A DNA stretch of 63,523 nucleotides, filler included, from Reclinomonas americana ATCC 50394 (Eukaryota): assembly GCA_048213135.1 (NCBI GenBank). It is 4 parts of 2 records of this genome, joined end to end, with 100 filler letters (N's around TTAATTAATTAA, not from the genome) between each part and the next. Parts side by side here need not be neighbours in the genome. Positions count along the whole stretch, not along the records: positions 24,370 to 39,318 come from PS015169.1; positions 39,419 to 59,021 come from PS015169.1; 2 more parts are not named here. The stretch is one strand, 5' to 3'. Shown here piece after piece: positions 29,095 through 42,848 of the stretch. The position numbers were made by a program, and so were the translations under genes. Below the pieces are notes generated by a model. The model was not told the DNA's origin. It saw nothing but the letters and a program-made list of their open reading frames with translations, and did no database searches. The number at the start of each line of letters is the position of its first letter. Positions within the stretch are counted from its first letter, which is position 1.

Positions 29095-30516
29095 TGACGA
29101 CATGCGATTGGCGGAGAGCGACACGGCGCCAGCCCCCACCAGCGGTGGTGGTGGTGGTGGCGGTGGCGGCGGCAACCCAGCTCGACTATCCGTGGGTGTG
29201 GTACTCCGTCGACGCCTCTGCAGCGACGGCGACAGACTGATTGTCGGCGACCGGCGACCGGGTGATTCACTGGCGACTGGCACGCTGCGCGTGGCGGAGA
29301 TGCGTGCCGGCGGCGGCGGTTGCACGGGAGACGATGCATTCTGTGCTGCGGCGGCACTGCCGCCCTTGGCCAGCTGGTGCAGTGGAGTGGGGTCGTCGTA
29401 GCGTTGTTGGGCGGCGCTGGTGTGAAGGGGAAGATGAGTGTAAGGTGGGAGGAAAGCAAGAGAATCACTTTGCGTCTTGTTCGAGTCTCCAAATATGCAC
29501 TCACGGAGATCGCACAAGCCGAGACAACACCGTGACGATCGCGCACACCCACAAACACGCACTCATTGCTTATGCTTTCGCCTCTCTTCGTTCTTTCTCT
29601 CTCTCTCCGGCCTTCACTCCTTCGACTCACAATTCTCACAGACACAAAATCACGCTCTTACACACTCGATCACTCTATCAGTCACAAATACAGTTTCCCA
29701 CGCCAGCATGCAATAGCTACTCTCGCTTTCACGTCTCTTGCTTCATCATCAGTGCCTTCGTCCTATCTTCTTCCTCTCGCCCCTTCCCTCTTTCCCATTC
29801 CCCCCTCCCTCCCCCTTTCCCTCTCGCCCGCTTCCTCTCCCACACACACCTGTTCGGTGTCGACGGCGTGCGCATCACGCGTACCCGCGGCGAGTGCGTA
29901 ATGATATCCGACGGCATGCTCCCCGTGCTGCACGACACGCCAGCGACCTTGCTGCCACTGGAATCGGTCGGCGCACGTCGCTCGACAGCACTCATTGGCT
30001 GGCGCACAGAGCCAACCGTCGGCTGCGAGTGTCGCGAGGGCTCGCCAGAAGCCGGCTGTAAAGGAAGAGGATGAGGGGGAGATGACAGGAATTACACGAG
30101 TGCACAATCACAAGAGACCTGCGTGGCATGGTGGTGATACGAGGACACTGGTGGCGGTGACGAGGCGAGCCGTCGGAGATGGACATCTGCAAAGCATGGG
30201 TGAGTGTGGAGATTGGCTGACGCGCACTTACAAGAGAGCAACTCACCATCGTCAGACGACGGGCCAGCCGTGCTTACGTGAACGCTGCTGAGGTCCGAAA
30301 GTGCGTGACTTGCGGCTGCGAGATGGCAAGCGAATGAGCGCAGAGCGGAGACGGAGGGCGGAATACGACGTGAGGCAGGAGTGAGAGGGACCCGTGAGTG
30401 ATACTCGGTGTGAGCAAAACCAGGAAGGGCAGAAGGGGTATAGGAATCGAGGGCTTGGTGATCACGGGGGGGAATGTGAAAGAACACGAAACAGCGAACA
30501 CACACGCAAACGAATC

Positions 30517-30562
<46 letters not shown>

Positions 30563-30920
30563 ACAGAGACACAACAAACNNNNNNNNNNNNNNNNNNNNN
30601 NNNNNNNNNNNNNNNNNNNNNNNNNNNNNNNNNNNNNNNNNNNNNNNNNNNNNNNNNNNNNNNNNNNNNNNNNNNNNNNNNNNNNNNNNNNNNNNNNNNN
30701 NNNNNNNNNNNNNNNNNNNNNNNNNNNNNNNNNNNNNNNNNNNNNNNNNNNNNNNNNNNNNNNNNNNNNNNNTATCCATTGTGTCACTGGTGCTTTGCTG
30801 TTTCGAGTTCTTTTGTTTTCACTCTTACTCCTTGTCTTTCTCTTGTTAGTCGTTCTACTGTGCCCCCCTCGTCGCCCTGTTTCTTCATCCACCAATCCTG
30901 TTTCTGGTTCTGTCTCTCTT

Positions 30921-30958
<38 letters not shown>

Positions 30959-32130
30959 CTTTTCTCACTCAGTCCTTGCTTCTGTCTCTTTTGTTTCTTT
31001 TCTTGTTCATTCTACATTGATCACTATTCCTCCATCGCACGATCCTGTTTTTTATTCTCTTGCTCTCTCTCTCCCTCTCGCTTTGTGTACGTCTCTATGC
31101 TTTCTTTTTTTCCTCTGTATTTCAGTCTTCAGTGCCCCATGCAGCGCGCTGCTTCTCCATTGCTTGAATCCTGTTTCTGATTTTCTTGCTCTCTCTCTCT
31201 CTCTCACTCACTCCTTCTTTCTGTGTCTGTGCTTGTGCATGCTTCTGTGCCGCACTTCATCTTCATGACACCAATCCTCTTTGTAATTCTCTACCCTACA
31301 CACACACTCACTCCTTTTCTGTTCCTTGTTTGTCTTCTTTCTTCGATGCCCAAATCACCACGCTGATCCTGTATCGCACCGATCTTGTTCTCTGTCTCTC
31401 TCTCCCAGTTCTTCTCTTGCATTAATTGACGCTCCACCTGCTTGAGCGCTGAATGTCCCTTCCTCGTCTATGGTGCGTTCTGAGTGAATTATTCTCTGCG
31501 TTTCTCTCTCTGTCTCCCTGCCTCTCTTTCTGCCTCTCTCTGTCTTCCTCCATGCCTCTCTTGCTCTCCCTCTCCATCTCATCATCTCCTTTGCCTGCAC
31601 AGCGACACGCCCTTCACTCCTCCTCCCCGCTGTCCTCCGCCACCACGACCACCGTCACCGCCGCCGCCACCGCTCCCACCATCGACTCCACCGTGATCGC
31701 TGGCGACGGCACTGCTCCACCACCCCCGTCACTGACGCTCCTGAGTCCGTCGTCGTCGTCGTCAGCACGCATTCTCGGCGCCGGCATGCGACCACCGCCA
31801 CCCTCCGATGCGTCATCCACTGAACTGTGCGAGCTCGGTTTGAGCGATGTGTCGACGCCGCCAGGACATCGGCGACGCTCGCGGCTGCCCACGGCAGCGC
31901 AGACATTTACCGCGGCCACTAACTTCAAATGAAATAATGATAGATTTGGTTGGTGTTTTCGAGGTGTGAGAAGCTGCTGAAGAGCAGTTGGGCAAAGAGG
32001 CGCAGAGGGAGAGGGCGTCGTGTTTAATCAAACGGTGTTCATCATGCAGCTGTATGGACTCATGCAAGTGGAACACACCCTTACCAGCATCCACAGGCTG
32101 ATCGATGAGCAGAGAGGATTGACGTTTTGC
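29095..32130 (-). CDS. Pro/Ser-rich hypothetical protein, fragmentary exons
   Basis: GC-rich coding-like blocks (29095-29418, 29850-30055, 31600-31920) with splice sites on the minus strand. No recognisable domain. Confidence 0.5.
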
Positions 32131-32901
32131 GCATGCCACACACGAGAGTCATGAATATGAATGCGGNNNNNNNNNNNNNNNNNNNNNNNNNNNNNNNNNN
32201 NNNNNNNNNNNNNNNNNNNNNNNNNNNNNNNNNNNNNNNNNNNNNNNNNNNNNNNNNNNNNNNNNNNNNNNNNNNNNNNNNNNNNNNNNNNNNNNNNNNN
32301 NNNNNNNNNNNNNNNNNNNNNNNNNNNNNNNNNNNNNNNNNNNNNNNNNNNNNNNNNNNNNNNNNNNNNNNNNNNNNNNNNNNNNNNNNNNNNNNNNNNN
32401 NNNNNNNNNNNNNNNNNNNNNNNNNNNNNNNNNNNNNNNNNNNNNNNNNNNNNNNNNNNNNNNNNNNNNNNNNNNNNNNNNNNNNNNNNNNNNNNNNNNN
32501 NNNNNNNNNNNNNNNNNNNNNNNNNNNNNNNNNNNNNNNNNNNNNNNNNNNNNNNNNNNNNNNACGGAAAAAGCAGAAAAATCGAGATGGCCAATGCTGG
32601 CGTTTCTGCAAGAAAACTTGCACTGCTGTTGTTTGCAGGGATGAACAGAAGTCTGTTCCACGCCATACTCACACGCCACAGTGGTGTGTGACTTATCGCC
32701 TCCATGTCAGCACTCCAGGTGTGAGGTCCGCCAGTCGAGCTGCGATCCCGACAAATCAACACGACAGGACATAAATTCGGACATTGGCGTACGCCAATTG
32801 CAGCATAAAATAGCTGCTTTGCGCGCCAAAGCCATACTCTTTTCATCCTACTCAAGAGCACTAACCACCACCCTCTCTCATTCATTCTTCTCGACATTGT
32901 T

Positions 32902-34606
32902 ATGTCGCGATCACCAACTCGTACATTTCTGGCTTCCGCCTTGCTGCTGATCTTGTGCTTGCAAGCAACAAACGGTTCGGCCTCCACACTGTGTGCGTGC
33001 TGTGTTCACTCATCTTGCCACTGACAACGGCGTGTTGTGAACAGCGGTGTTTGCACAAGGGGCGCCAGTCAACACCCTGCCTGCCACTGGCATAACAGAC
33101 ACCTCCGCCACCCTCCATGGCACAGTGAGCTTCGCGTCCTCGTACACGTACGCCTACTTTTTGGTGTCAGCCGACATGGTGACGTACGTCTCCACCGCTG
33201 CAAACCCGCCGTCGCCAGCAGCCAACGCAGACTTCTCGCTGGTCCTCACGGGCCTGCAGCCGAATCACCAGTACTGCTTCTATGCACAGCAGCAGAATTT
33301 CAGTCCGATCGCAGTTTTCCCACCGATCAACGGCGCCACGCTGTGCTTCACCACGCTGACGAACCTGCCGGCGACGGCGGCGCTCTCCCCGCAATCGTAC
33401 CCAGCGCCCTCGGTCGCCGGCCAGCCGCTGGGCATCCTCACTTCGGTGGGTGGCGACTGGCAGACCTACACGTTCACTGTGACTGGCGGTGCCAATGCGG
33501 CCTCAGTGCACCTGGTCGGCAATGTGCTGGTGGCCACGGTCGGCGGACTGCAGCACACGCTGGAGGTCATTATTGGCACGACCGGCAGCGGCTCCACTCA
33601 TCCGACAACAAACACGACGTTTGCCATCGTTCCCATTGGTGAGTGGGGGGAGGAAGGGGAAGGGAGGGAGGGAGAGAGGTGAAGGAAAAGAGGGTAGTAG
33701 TGGAAGGGAAAGGAGGGGGCGAAAAAGTGAGGTCAGTAGGAAAGAGCCTGGTTTCGACAGTGAACGATCAGAGTCAACTCAACATGTACAGGAAAGAAAG
33801 TGAAAAATGAGAGAACCGACCGGAAAGTTAGATACAAGCAAAAGATATTCAAGGGAACGCGTGAGACAAGAAAGGGTGGTTGAGAAGAAGAAAGAGAGAA
33901 ACAGAGAAGTAACGGGAGAGGTGTAAGCAGCGAAACGAAAAGTATTCAAGCGTGTTGCCAGGAGAGAGAGAAAGTTGCGCCGTATCTGTTGAAGAAGAGA
34001 TAGCAACTTGAAAAGAGTAGGCAGCCAAGCGAAGGTGCTCACTTTCTATCACCAGTACCGCCGCCAGCGCCAACACCGCAGCCGCCCGTCGTGACTCCAT
34101 GCACCTGCCCGCCGCAACCAGTTCAGCCAATGCAGCCCGTGCAGAACTGCCCGACTCCTGAGCCGGTGGTGTGCCCTGTTCCTCCGCCTTGCCAAGCGGA
34201 GTGCCCTCCGTCCCAGCCGGCTTCAGCTCCTGCTCCACAGTGCTCCCCGGTGTCCATGCCGGCGACTCTTGTCGGGGCGGCCATTGGTGCCGCTGCCGCA
34301 TCTGCATTGCTGTGCTGCCTATGGTGCTGTTGCATCTGCTGCAGCCGTCGTCGCCGAAGGGAGCGCGCCGCCGCTGTTGCTGCTGCCACGGACGGCAAGG
34401 TGTGTGGTGAACGGAATCTATGTTGCTCCAACATGACAAGAGACTCACGCGAAAACAAAACGCAGACGCCCGGCAATGACGTTGAGAACGCACACTCACC
34501 CGAGACAACTGGCACTGACGAGCTGAGCCAGCACGAGTCGGCTGCAGCAGTGGCGGCTAGTGTAACAGATGTTGCGCTGGATATGGGTGCGGTGCCGGAG
34601 CTGTAG
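32902..34606 (+). CDS. Type I membrane protein: signal peptide, FN3-like and cadherin-like ectodomain, Pro/Cys stalk, TM helix with Cys cluster
   Basis: ATGITDTSATLHGTV motif, QYCFYAQQQN, stalk PPQPVQPMQPVQNCP, TM LVGAAIGAAAASALLCCLWCCCICCSRRRRR. Confidence 0.7.
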
Positions 34607-35098
34607 AAGGGGAAGGAAGGGAAGGTAATTTAATGTACAATGTGATTTAGTTATACGAGGCAGTGAGAAGCAGGTTGAGAGATGAAACGCAGGTTGGACA
34701 GAGCGCAGTGATGACAGGGAGAATTAAACAGAGAAGTTCGCTAACTGCGCGCTGCTGCTGATGGTCACTACGAGGGAGGAGGCAAAGGTGGGGCAACAGA
34801 GAGTGAGAACGGAGTGACAATGAGCGCAGAAGACGTTGAATGAAATCTCAGGTTGCTGATCACCGAGGGATGAAGGGGAGTGAGGCCAGCGGAGAACGAA
34901 GACGGAGAGAATTAAACGCAAAGCTAGTGAGAAGCGCTTTGAATAAAAGCGATTGTTGACGATTACTGCGCGGGAGGAAGAGTGAGGTTAAACGCCGAGG
35001 TGTCGCTAAATGTTCGCTGGTGCATCTGGTCCCTGCGAGATAGGAGGCACATGACAAACGACTGAGAGTGAGAAGCATGAGTGCGGCTGCGAGTGAGT

Positions 35099-35947
35099 TC
35101 ATTTCGACTTCTTCTTGGCCGGCATCTTGCTCACGAATCGATGCGCACGCTCGTCAATGTAGCGCCAGGGAACGTCGGCCCACTCGCCGGCTGTGGTGGC
35201 ATGTCAGTTGCAAAAGGAAAAGGCACAGGAGAATAGTGATGAGAGACACGCACCCGAGTCAATGCCGATGCGGCGGGTGGCGAGGACGTGCTCGTCGGGA
35301 GTGGGTTCGCCGGGCTCGAGGAAGATCTCTTCGTTGAGGTGGAGGTGCTGGCCGTCGTGGGCGTCGCGGGTGATCTGTGGGGGAGGATGAGGGAAAGGCA
35401 AAGGCCAGGGAAACACAACACACGCACACGCATCGACTGGCACAGTTTGGATGGACCGGAGCACAGGTCGGTGAGAGCAAAGGAGCTTGCCTGTGACGTG
35501 CATGGTGAGTGCAACGGGTGAGGAGGGTTGTTCTAAGGAGCCGTGAGGGCACCAACCGGCGCGTTGCCGCGAGAGGCCGCAGCACGGAAATTCATCATGT
35601 GCTCGATGCCTTCGAGGGGTTCGAGGGCGCGGATCTGGGTGGGAGGGAGGAGGATGAAAAAGAAAGGCAAAGGGAGGTGCAGACAAAAGAGAAAAGATAT
35701 ACGGGCATTCGATATCACACACGAGGGTGAAAGAAGAAAAGAAGAGATGCAGGCAGTGAGAAAATGAAGTGAGAGAGAGAACAAAGAATACGGAGGAGGA
35801 GGAGGAGCAAGGAGGAGGAGAAGGAGGACGAGGAGGAGGTGGAGGTGGTTGTGGAGGTGGTGGAAGAGGACGAGGACGAGGTGGAGGTGTAGGAGGATGT
35901 GGAGGTGGTGGAAGAGGAGGAGGAGGAGGAGGAGAAGAAGAAGAAGA

Positions 35948-36000
<53 letters not shown>

Positions 36001-36848
36001 GACGACGACGAGAGGAGAGAGAGAGNNNNNNNNNNNNNNNNNNNNNNNNNNNNNNNNNNNNNNNNNNNNNNNNNNNNNNNNNNNNNNNNNNNNNNNNNNN
36101 NNNNNNNNNNNNNNNNNNNNNNNNNNNNNNNNNNNNNNNNNNNNNNNNNNNNNNNNNNNNNNNNNNNNNNNNNNNNNNNNNNNNNNNNNNNNNNNNNNNN
36201 NNNNNNNNNNNNNNNNNNNNNNNNNNNNNNNNNNNNNNNNNNNNNNNNNNNNNNNNNNNNNNNNNNNNNNNNNNNNNNNNNNNNNNNNNNNNNNNNNNNN
36301 NNNNNNNNNNNNNNNNNNNNNNNNNNNNNNNNNNNNNNNNNNNNNNNNNNNNNNNNNNNNNNNNNNNNNNNNNNNNNNNNNNNNNNNNNNNNNNNNNNNN
36401 NNNNNNNNNNNNNNNNNNNNNNNNNNNNNNNNNNNNNNNNNNNNNNNNNNNNNNNNNNNNNNNNNNNNNNNNNNNNNNNNNNNNNNNNNNNNNNNNNNNN
36501 NNNNNNNNNNNNNNNNNNNNNNNNNNNNNNNNNNNNNNNNNNNNNNNNNNNNNNNNNNNNNNNNNNNNNNNNNNNNNNNNNNNNNNNNNNNNNNNNNNNN
36601 NNNNNNNNNNNNNNNNNNNNNNNNNNNNNNNNNNNNNNNNNNNNNNNNNNNNNNNNNNNNNNNNNNNNNNNNNNNNNNNNNNNNNNNNNNNNNNNNNNNN
36701 NNNNNNNNNNNNNNNNNNNNNNNNNNNNNNNNNNNNNNNNNNNNNNNNNNNNNNNNNNNNNNNNNNNNNNNNNNNNNNNNNNNNNNNNNNNNNNNNNNNN
36801 NNNNNNNNNNNNNNNNNNNNNNNNNNNNNNNNNNNNNNNGACGAGGAG

Positions 36849-36930
<82 letters not shown>

Positions 36931-38316
36931 AGAAGAAGAAGAAGAAGAAGAAGAAGAAGAAGAAGAAGAAGAAGAGAGAGAGAGAGAGAGGAGGAGGAGG
37001 AGGTGGAGGAGAAGAGGAGCAAGAAAGAAAGAAAGGTGGGGGTGGAGTGGAAGGAAGAGAAAAGGAGGAGCAACAGCAGCAGCAGGAGAACAAGGACGAG
37101 GAGGAGAATAAGGAGACAGAAGAACAAACAGGAAGGAAGAAAAATGACAAGCACCAGAAAGTGACCAGGAGAACGGCAAAGTGAAGGAGAGGCGATGATG
37201 GCAGGACAGTCAGAAGCAAGGGAAGAGAACGCCCACAGGCAGAAGAACACGCAAATAGCATGACACACTGCAAATAAGAGAGCGTCCTTCTCCTCCTACG
37301 CGCTCACCAGCACTCCATGCGGCGAATGCGTCGTGCAAATGACATTGATGCAGCAGTAGCCGTGGATCGGATACACGTATGCATGGCCCGGGCCCTTGTA
37401 CATGCTCTCGTTCTTCTTGGTTCGACGACCGCCGTCTGCGAAGGAGGAGGAAGGAGGAGATGAGGAGGAAGAGATGTCACACGGAATTAAGAGGATGCAA
37501 GAAAGTGAAAGGAAGGAAGAACCGGTGGAATGGCTTGGTCGACGAATAGACATGTGAGAGAGATGCGGATCAAAGGAGTTTGCAGGAGGGATGCTGTGTT
37601 CAAAGTGAGTGAGGAAGGGGGCGAAGAGAGGGGGACGGAGAGGCAGAGAGAGAGAGAGAAATGTGGGCAGGGGAAGGAGAGGAGGAAGAGATGAGGGAGA
37701 GGGACAATGAAGAAGAGGAGAAGGGCACGGTCACGCAACACGAGTGAGCAGCTCGATCATCGGGTCCAGCATATGCCTTTTGACACAGGATGATGAGTGA
37801 ACAGAGCAGGGAAGAGGAGAGAAGAGGTGGGAAGGAGAGAGCGCAACTTCCACCTCCACAATGCGACCGCGCATCACTACGTCATCACCGATCCTGTGAG
37901 AAGCGTGAGTGAGAGAGTGAGTGAGTGAGTGAGGGAGTGAGTGAGTGAGGGAAGGAGGGAGTAAGTGAGTGAGTGAGTGAGAGTGAGAGGAATGCACTTC
38001 CTTTCTCCTCTTCATCTCTTCTCCTCTCCCCCCTCTCCCCTCTCTTCTCTTCTCTCCTCTCTCTCCCTCTCTCCTCCTCTCTTCCCTTCTCTTCTCCCAC
38101 ACACACTCACCTCCGCACAAGCACAGCACCCAACAATCGCTTGGCCACATCGTGCACACTCGACTCTGGCGCCAAGATGACTTGCCACAGTGAATCAATC
38201 TCTGCAGTTGTGTCTGAGCGAATGCAGGCGCGTTTCCGGTCGGGCTCTTCAGGCGATGGTAATGAGGAAGAGGAAGTGGCGTCTTCTGTTACGGAGCGAG
38301 TGCGACGACGACTCAT
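35099..38316 (-). CDS. MPG: 3-methyladenine DNA glycosylase (AAG/MPG family)
   Basis: Spliced motifs VAKRLLG, GRIVEVE|AYAGPDDRAAHS|YGGRRTKKNESMY, GHAYVYPIHG, VL|IRALEPLEG, LCSGPSKLCQ, RRIGID, PWRY. Confidence 0.92.
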
Positions 38317-38595
38317 TGTGTTTGTTTGTGTGATTGACAGGATTTTTGTCGTGTTTGTCGGATTTGTAGAGGAAGAGATGATGACGTTTGTGTGGAACGC
38401 GCTTGGAGTTCAGCGTGTGGAGGCAAGGGTGGTTGGGCTGCGTGATGAGTGCGCTTTCTTGTGGCGTGTACTTGTCGGATTTGTTCGAGTTCGATATTTC
38501 CGGCTGCACGCCAGTCACGCCGGTCACGCTCCCTACTCCTGCCATCAGAGCAATTTTTCATCCCGAGTCCTTTGAGCGAAGATCACGCAGTCACC

Positions 38596-38967
38596 ATGCG
38601 GTTGCGCCAGGCACTGTCAATATGTTTCCTTCTCATTGGACTGTTTGTCTGTGGAGGTGTGTCTCCCAGCAATTGTCTCTACACACTTCATCAACTCACC
38701 TCGATCAATCGCACAGCCGCCGCTCAGGACGCCACCTCTGACATCAACAGCGTGCCGCGCGATACGAGCTCATCGAGCTCACCCGCGTCGTCCATCCCTC
38801 TCTTCGCCTGGCTCGCCGGCGGAGGTGGCTTTGCGGGAGTCGCACTCTGCGCGTTCTTCTGTTGCTGGTGTGGCGGGTGCGGGTGGCTGAGGCGCTGCTG
38901 CTGCTGCCGCTGCTGTGGAAAGAAACCCACACCCGCACGCAACGACGTGGATCTGGAGGCCGGACGT
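38596..38967 (+). CDS. Small single-pass membrane protein with Cys-rich tail (3' end uncertain)
   Basis: Signal peptide MRLRQALSICFLLIGLFVCGG and TM followed by CCWCGGCGWLRRCCCCRCCGKK. Confidence 0.6.
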
Positions 38968-39362
38968 ATGGTTTGTGGGAGAAAGAGCGAAAGAGACGAA
39001 TAGAAGAGTTAGAAAGAGAGAAGGACGCAGAGGCAGAGAAGAAGAGAGGGCTTGTGCAGCGAGCATGAGAGATATCTTTAAAACCGCCACGAGTTTCGAC
39101 AGAAAGTGAAAGTGAATGAGAAAGAGAACGCATACCAAGAGAACATGGGATACAGAGACAGAGAGAAAGAGAACGAAAGAGCTTCTACACCGAGCATGAG
39201 AGATACCCTGTAAGAGCGCCATGAGTTTCGACAGCCAAGCACGTGACAGAGAGGGACCACAAGAGACACAATCGCCCACTCATGCCTTCTCTCTCACACG
39301 CAGCACCGCGCCGCCCGCNNNNNNNNNNNNNNNNNNNNNNNNNNNNNNNNNNNNNNNNNNNN

Positions 39363-39374
39363 TTAATTAATTAA
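39363..39374. other. Artificial scaffold linker
   Basis: TTAATTAATTAA within N runs. Confidence 0.95.
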
Positions 39375-40142
39375 NNNNNNNNNNNNNNNNNNNNNNNNNN
39401 NNNNNNNNNNNNNNNNNNGCTGCTGCTGGCTGTGTGGCTGCGACTGTACTTGCCCCCCGCTGGATTGGCCCACTCATTGTTTGTTGGGTCGACCGCGAGG
39501 GGAAAGCCTTTCCTCCCAACCCCCCAACTTCTTTCTTCACAATGGTGTCTATGGACACCAAACCCCCCACTTGCCACCAAAAGGCTGATCACATGATGTG
39601 ATGATTGTGTGTGTGTGTGCGAGAACGAAAGAGAAAAGAAGAGAGGGCGGCGAGCAAGCAGGTTCAGAGGTGTGAAGGATGCATGCGAGAGAGTGAGCAG
39701 CATAATGCACACCTGACTTGTCAGTGCAGCTGAAGAATCTGTTGTCGATGCGACGAGAAGACAGCGCAGTGTAGGATCACACCTCAATTCTCTTCTCTTG
39801 TGCGTTGTTGAATCACAGCACTGAGCGCGCACATGTTCCGACAAGTGCAAGTCTGTGCCACGTCATCACATTGCTGTCCACGTGGCAACATCGATTGTGT
39901 GCACCTCAAGAGAGCAACGAAAGCGAGCTCCGTCGCGTACGTGTGTGCGCCGTATACATCATCAGCCGCTGCCGAAGAGAAAGAGGTGTGTGCATGTGCA
40001 GAAGGGCGTCTGAGGCTGCGCCTGTGTGGCCCATCGCTGACAACAGCACATACACACGCACACACTCTGTGACCCTCTCGCTCCGCAGAATCTACTGCTT
40101 GCCAGAGTACTGTGCAGAAAGGGAGGGAGAGGGGAGAACGCG

Positions 40143-40321
40143 ATGCAGTTGACCGACTGCTTCCGGGTGATGACGCCGAGTCGTGTGCTGTGGATGACAC
40201 TGCTGGTGCTGCTTGCACTGTGTCTGCTTGCTGCCACGCCGGCGTATGCTGGTGCCGACTACTACAGGCTGCTGGAGGTGGACCGATCCGCCGACGAGAA
40301 CGACATCAAGAAGGCTTACCG
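40143..40321 (+). CDS. First exon of a signal-peptide J-domain (DnaJ, ERdj-like) protein
   Basis: LLVLLALCLLAATPAYA followed by GADYYRLLEVDRSADENDIKKAYR and a GT donor. Downstream exons were not found. Confidence 0.8.
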
Positions 40322-40374
40322 GTGCAGTGCAAATCGGATGCCTGTGCATTATCCACCCCTTGCTCACTCCCTCA

Positions 40375-40423
<49 letters not shown>

Positions 40424-41427
40424 GTCGTCGTCGTCGTNNNNNNNNNNNNNNNNNNNNGCTCGCACTCGCGCTCGCCGCCGCCCAAGGCTCGCGACGTTGA
40501 TGGTGCGGGCGCGCGCGACTCGCCACGCGCAGCTTCACCTCGTGCCGCTTCGCGCTCGCCGTCGCCGGTCCCTCGCCGCAGCCCGTCGCCTTGAAGGGGA
40601 ATTGACATGTGTGGCGTGACGGCGACGTGAGTGCGTATTGCGTTGTGGTCACTGTTCTCTTGTGTCTGTTCGTTGCTAGGGATTGTTGTCTGTGTGTGTG
40701 CGTGTGCGTGTGTGTTTTTATGTGTCATGTGTTTCGGAGAGGCGGAGGAGGACGAGATGCGGTGTTGTGGTGGTGATGGTGGTGGTGGTGGTGGTGGTGG
40801 TGGTGATGGCCAAGGAGGGCGATATTGAAGTTGGCGATTGAGGTTCCGGGCGTGGCGGCATCTGGAGGTGTTCTTTTTCGGTGGGCGAGGCGGCGACGGC
40901 TCCTCGCTCCTGTTATGTGTTGCTTGTGTGTGTCTCTGTGTTGTTTGTGTGTGCTGTGTGATCACATTGCTCGCCCTGTTCCCTTCTCCGTTGCTCGCCA
41001 GGGAGGCGTCTCTTTTGTTGTTGACGGGAAGCGGTGACGTTGACGTCTGTTGTTGGCACCTTTCGATCCACTTCGGGGAGACGTGCAGTGGCGTCAGGAA
41101 GAGGACAGGAAGGAGAAGCAGAGGCACGAGGGGAGTGATCGTGGACCTGGTCGTGAGGCACATTTTTGAGGAGACGGTACACACAAGAGGGAGACAGAAA
41201 GGATGACGGTTGCCACTGGAGGCCGCAAGTGCTGCATAAGTAGGAGGACGAGGAGAAGAAGGAGCACAGGAACGGCGGACGCGCGGGTAATGTGTCAAGA
41301 ATAGCGCAAGTTTGTCTTGCTTCGTGTGTATTGTGTGTGTGTGNNNNNNNNNNNNNNNNNNNNACACACACACACACACACACTCGCTCACACTCACACT
41401 CATACTCGCACTTGTCTCTGCCACAGA

Positions 41428-42710
41428 GCGTGCGATTGTACTCGGTGTCTGGCAACGAAATGCTGCGCCAGTGGTCACATCGCAGTGCAGCGCTCGATTG
41501 CGCCTTTGGCTCCGACGCCAACGAGTGCTACTCGGGCGGTCTCGACTGCCGCGTCATACGGTACATGCACTCACACTCTCTGTCTCACACATGCATGTAT
41601 GCATGCATTCAATTTCTGTGCATTGCATTTTGACTTGTCCCTCCCCTGTCTCTCAGGTATGAACCGACGACGGGGCAAGAGGTGCTGGTTGGCGAGCACA
41701 GCAAGGCGGTGCGGTGTGTGGAGTACTCGGCGGCGCAGGGCATTCTGTGCTCTGGATCGTGGGATGCCACGGTCAAGCTGTGGGACATGCGGGCGGCGCA
41801 GGTGAGGGAGAAGGAGAGAGAGAAGAAGGATAGGAGGTCAGCAGCATTTCTTGGATCGCTCTCGTTACACCTCTCTGCACCGATGTCTCTCTCTCTCTGT
41901 GTGTGAGGTTGTGTGTCGAGCTGGTGTGCTGTTGTCGTGTCGCTCAGATCTCTCGGCGTACACAGTCGGTGAGCACGCTGGAGGTGCCGGATCGTGTGTA
42001 TTCCATGTCGGTGTGCGATCAGGTGTTGGTGGTGGCCACGGCCGAGCGACATGTGTTTGTGTATGATTTGCGGAGACCCGACAAGCCGGAGCAACGTCGT
42101 GAGTCGGCGCTCAAGTACCAGACGCGGTGCGTGTCGGTGTATCCGAATCGCGAGGGTTACGCACTCGGCTCGATCGAGGGTCGTGTGGCGATGGAGTACT
42201 TTGATCCGTCGGAGGTTTGTCCTTTCAGCAGTGTATTGTCTCGCTCTCCTCCGTGCCCACGCTCTCTCCCTCTCTCTCTCTCGTGTGCACAGGCGGGTCA
42301 AGCACGCAAGTTCGCCTTCAAGTGCCACCGACAAAAGATCAACGGCATCGACCATGTGTATCCGGTCAACGCCATTGCATTCCACCCGGTGTATGGCACG
42401 TTTGCGACTGGCGGTTGCGATCGCAAGGTGTCGATGTGGGACGGCGGCAACAAGAAGAAGCTGGTCGATTTCGAGTACCCGTGCAGCATCGCGTCGCTCT
42501 CCTTTAGCTACAATGGTCTGCTGCTGGCGGTTGCGTCGTCGTACACATTCGAGGAGGGCGAGAAGGAGTTGCGCCACCACACCAACACACACATCTATCT
42601 GTGTGCCACACACATACTCTTTTCTCACACGCACATGTGCCCGCGACAGTCACGCCCCCGACCAAATCTTCATCCGCACTGTGGCCGACAAGGAGGTGCG
42701 GCCCAGGTAA
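41428..42710 (+). CDS. BUB3: Mitotic checkpoint WD40 protein Bub3 (5' part missing)
   Basis: [80 protein letters not shown]. Confidence 0.93.
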
Positions 42711-42848
42711 CGCATCGTGGTGGCACGTAGCACTGTGCCGCGCTCACAGGCTGGCTGGTGGTTTGTTTTTTGACGACGGCAATACTGCGATGTGTGTGGG
42801 AATGAAAAAAATGCAAGACAGGTTCCAGTGGTATTTATTTCTTGTGGC

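Noticed and set aside
35780-37000. Long ORFs of poly-RE, poly-S or poly-X in the ORF track
   Set aside because: They are read-through of intronic microsatellites and N gaps.
40460-41340. Possible further DnaJ or BUB3 exons between short gaps
   Set aside because: No HPD motif or WD40 repeat could be placed in a consistent frame. Left unannotated.
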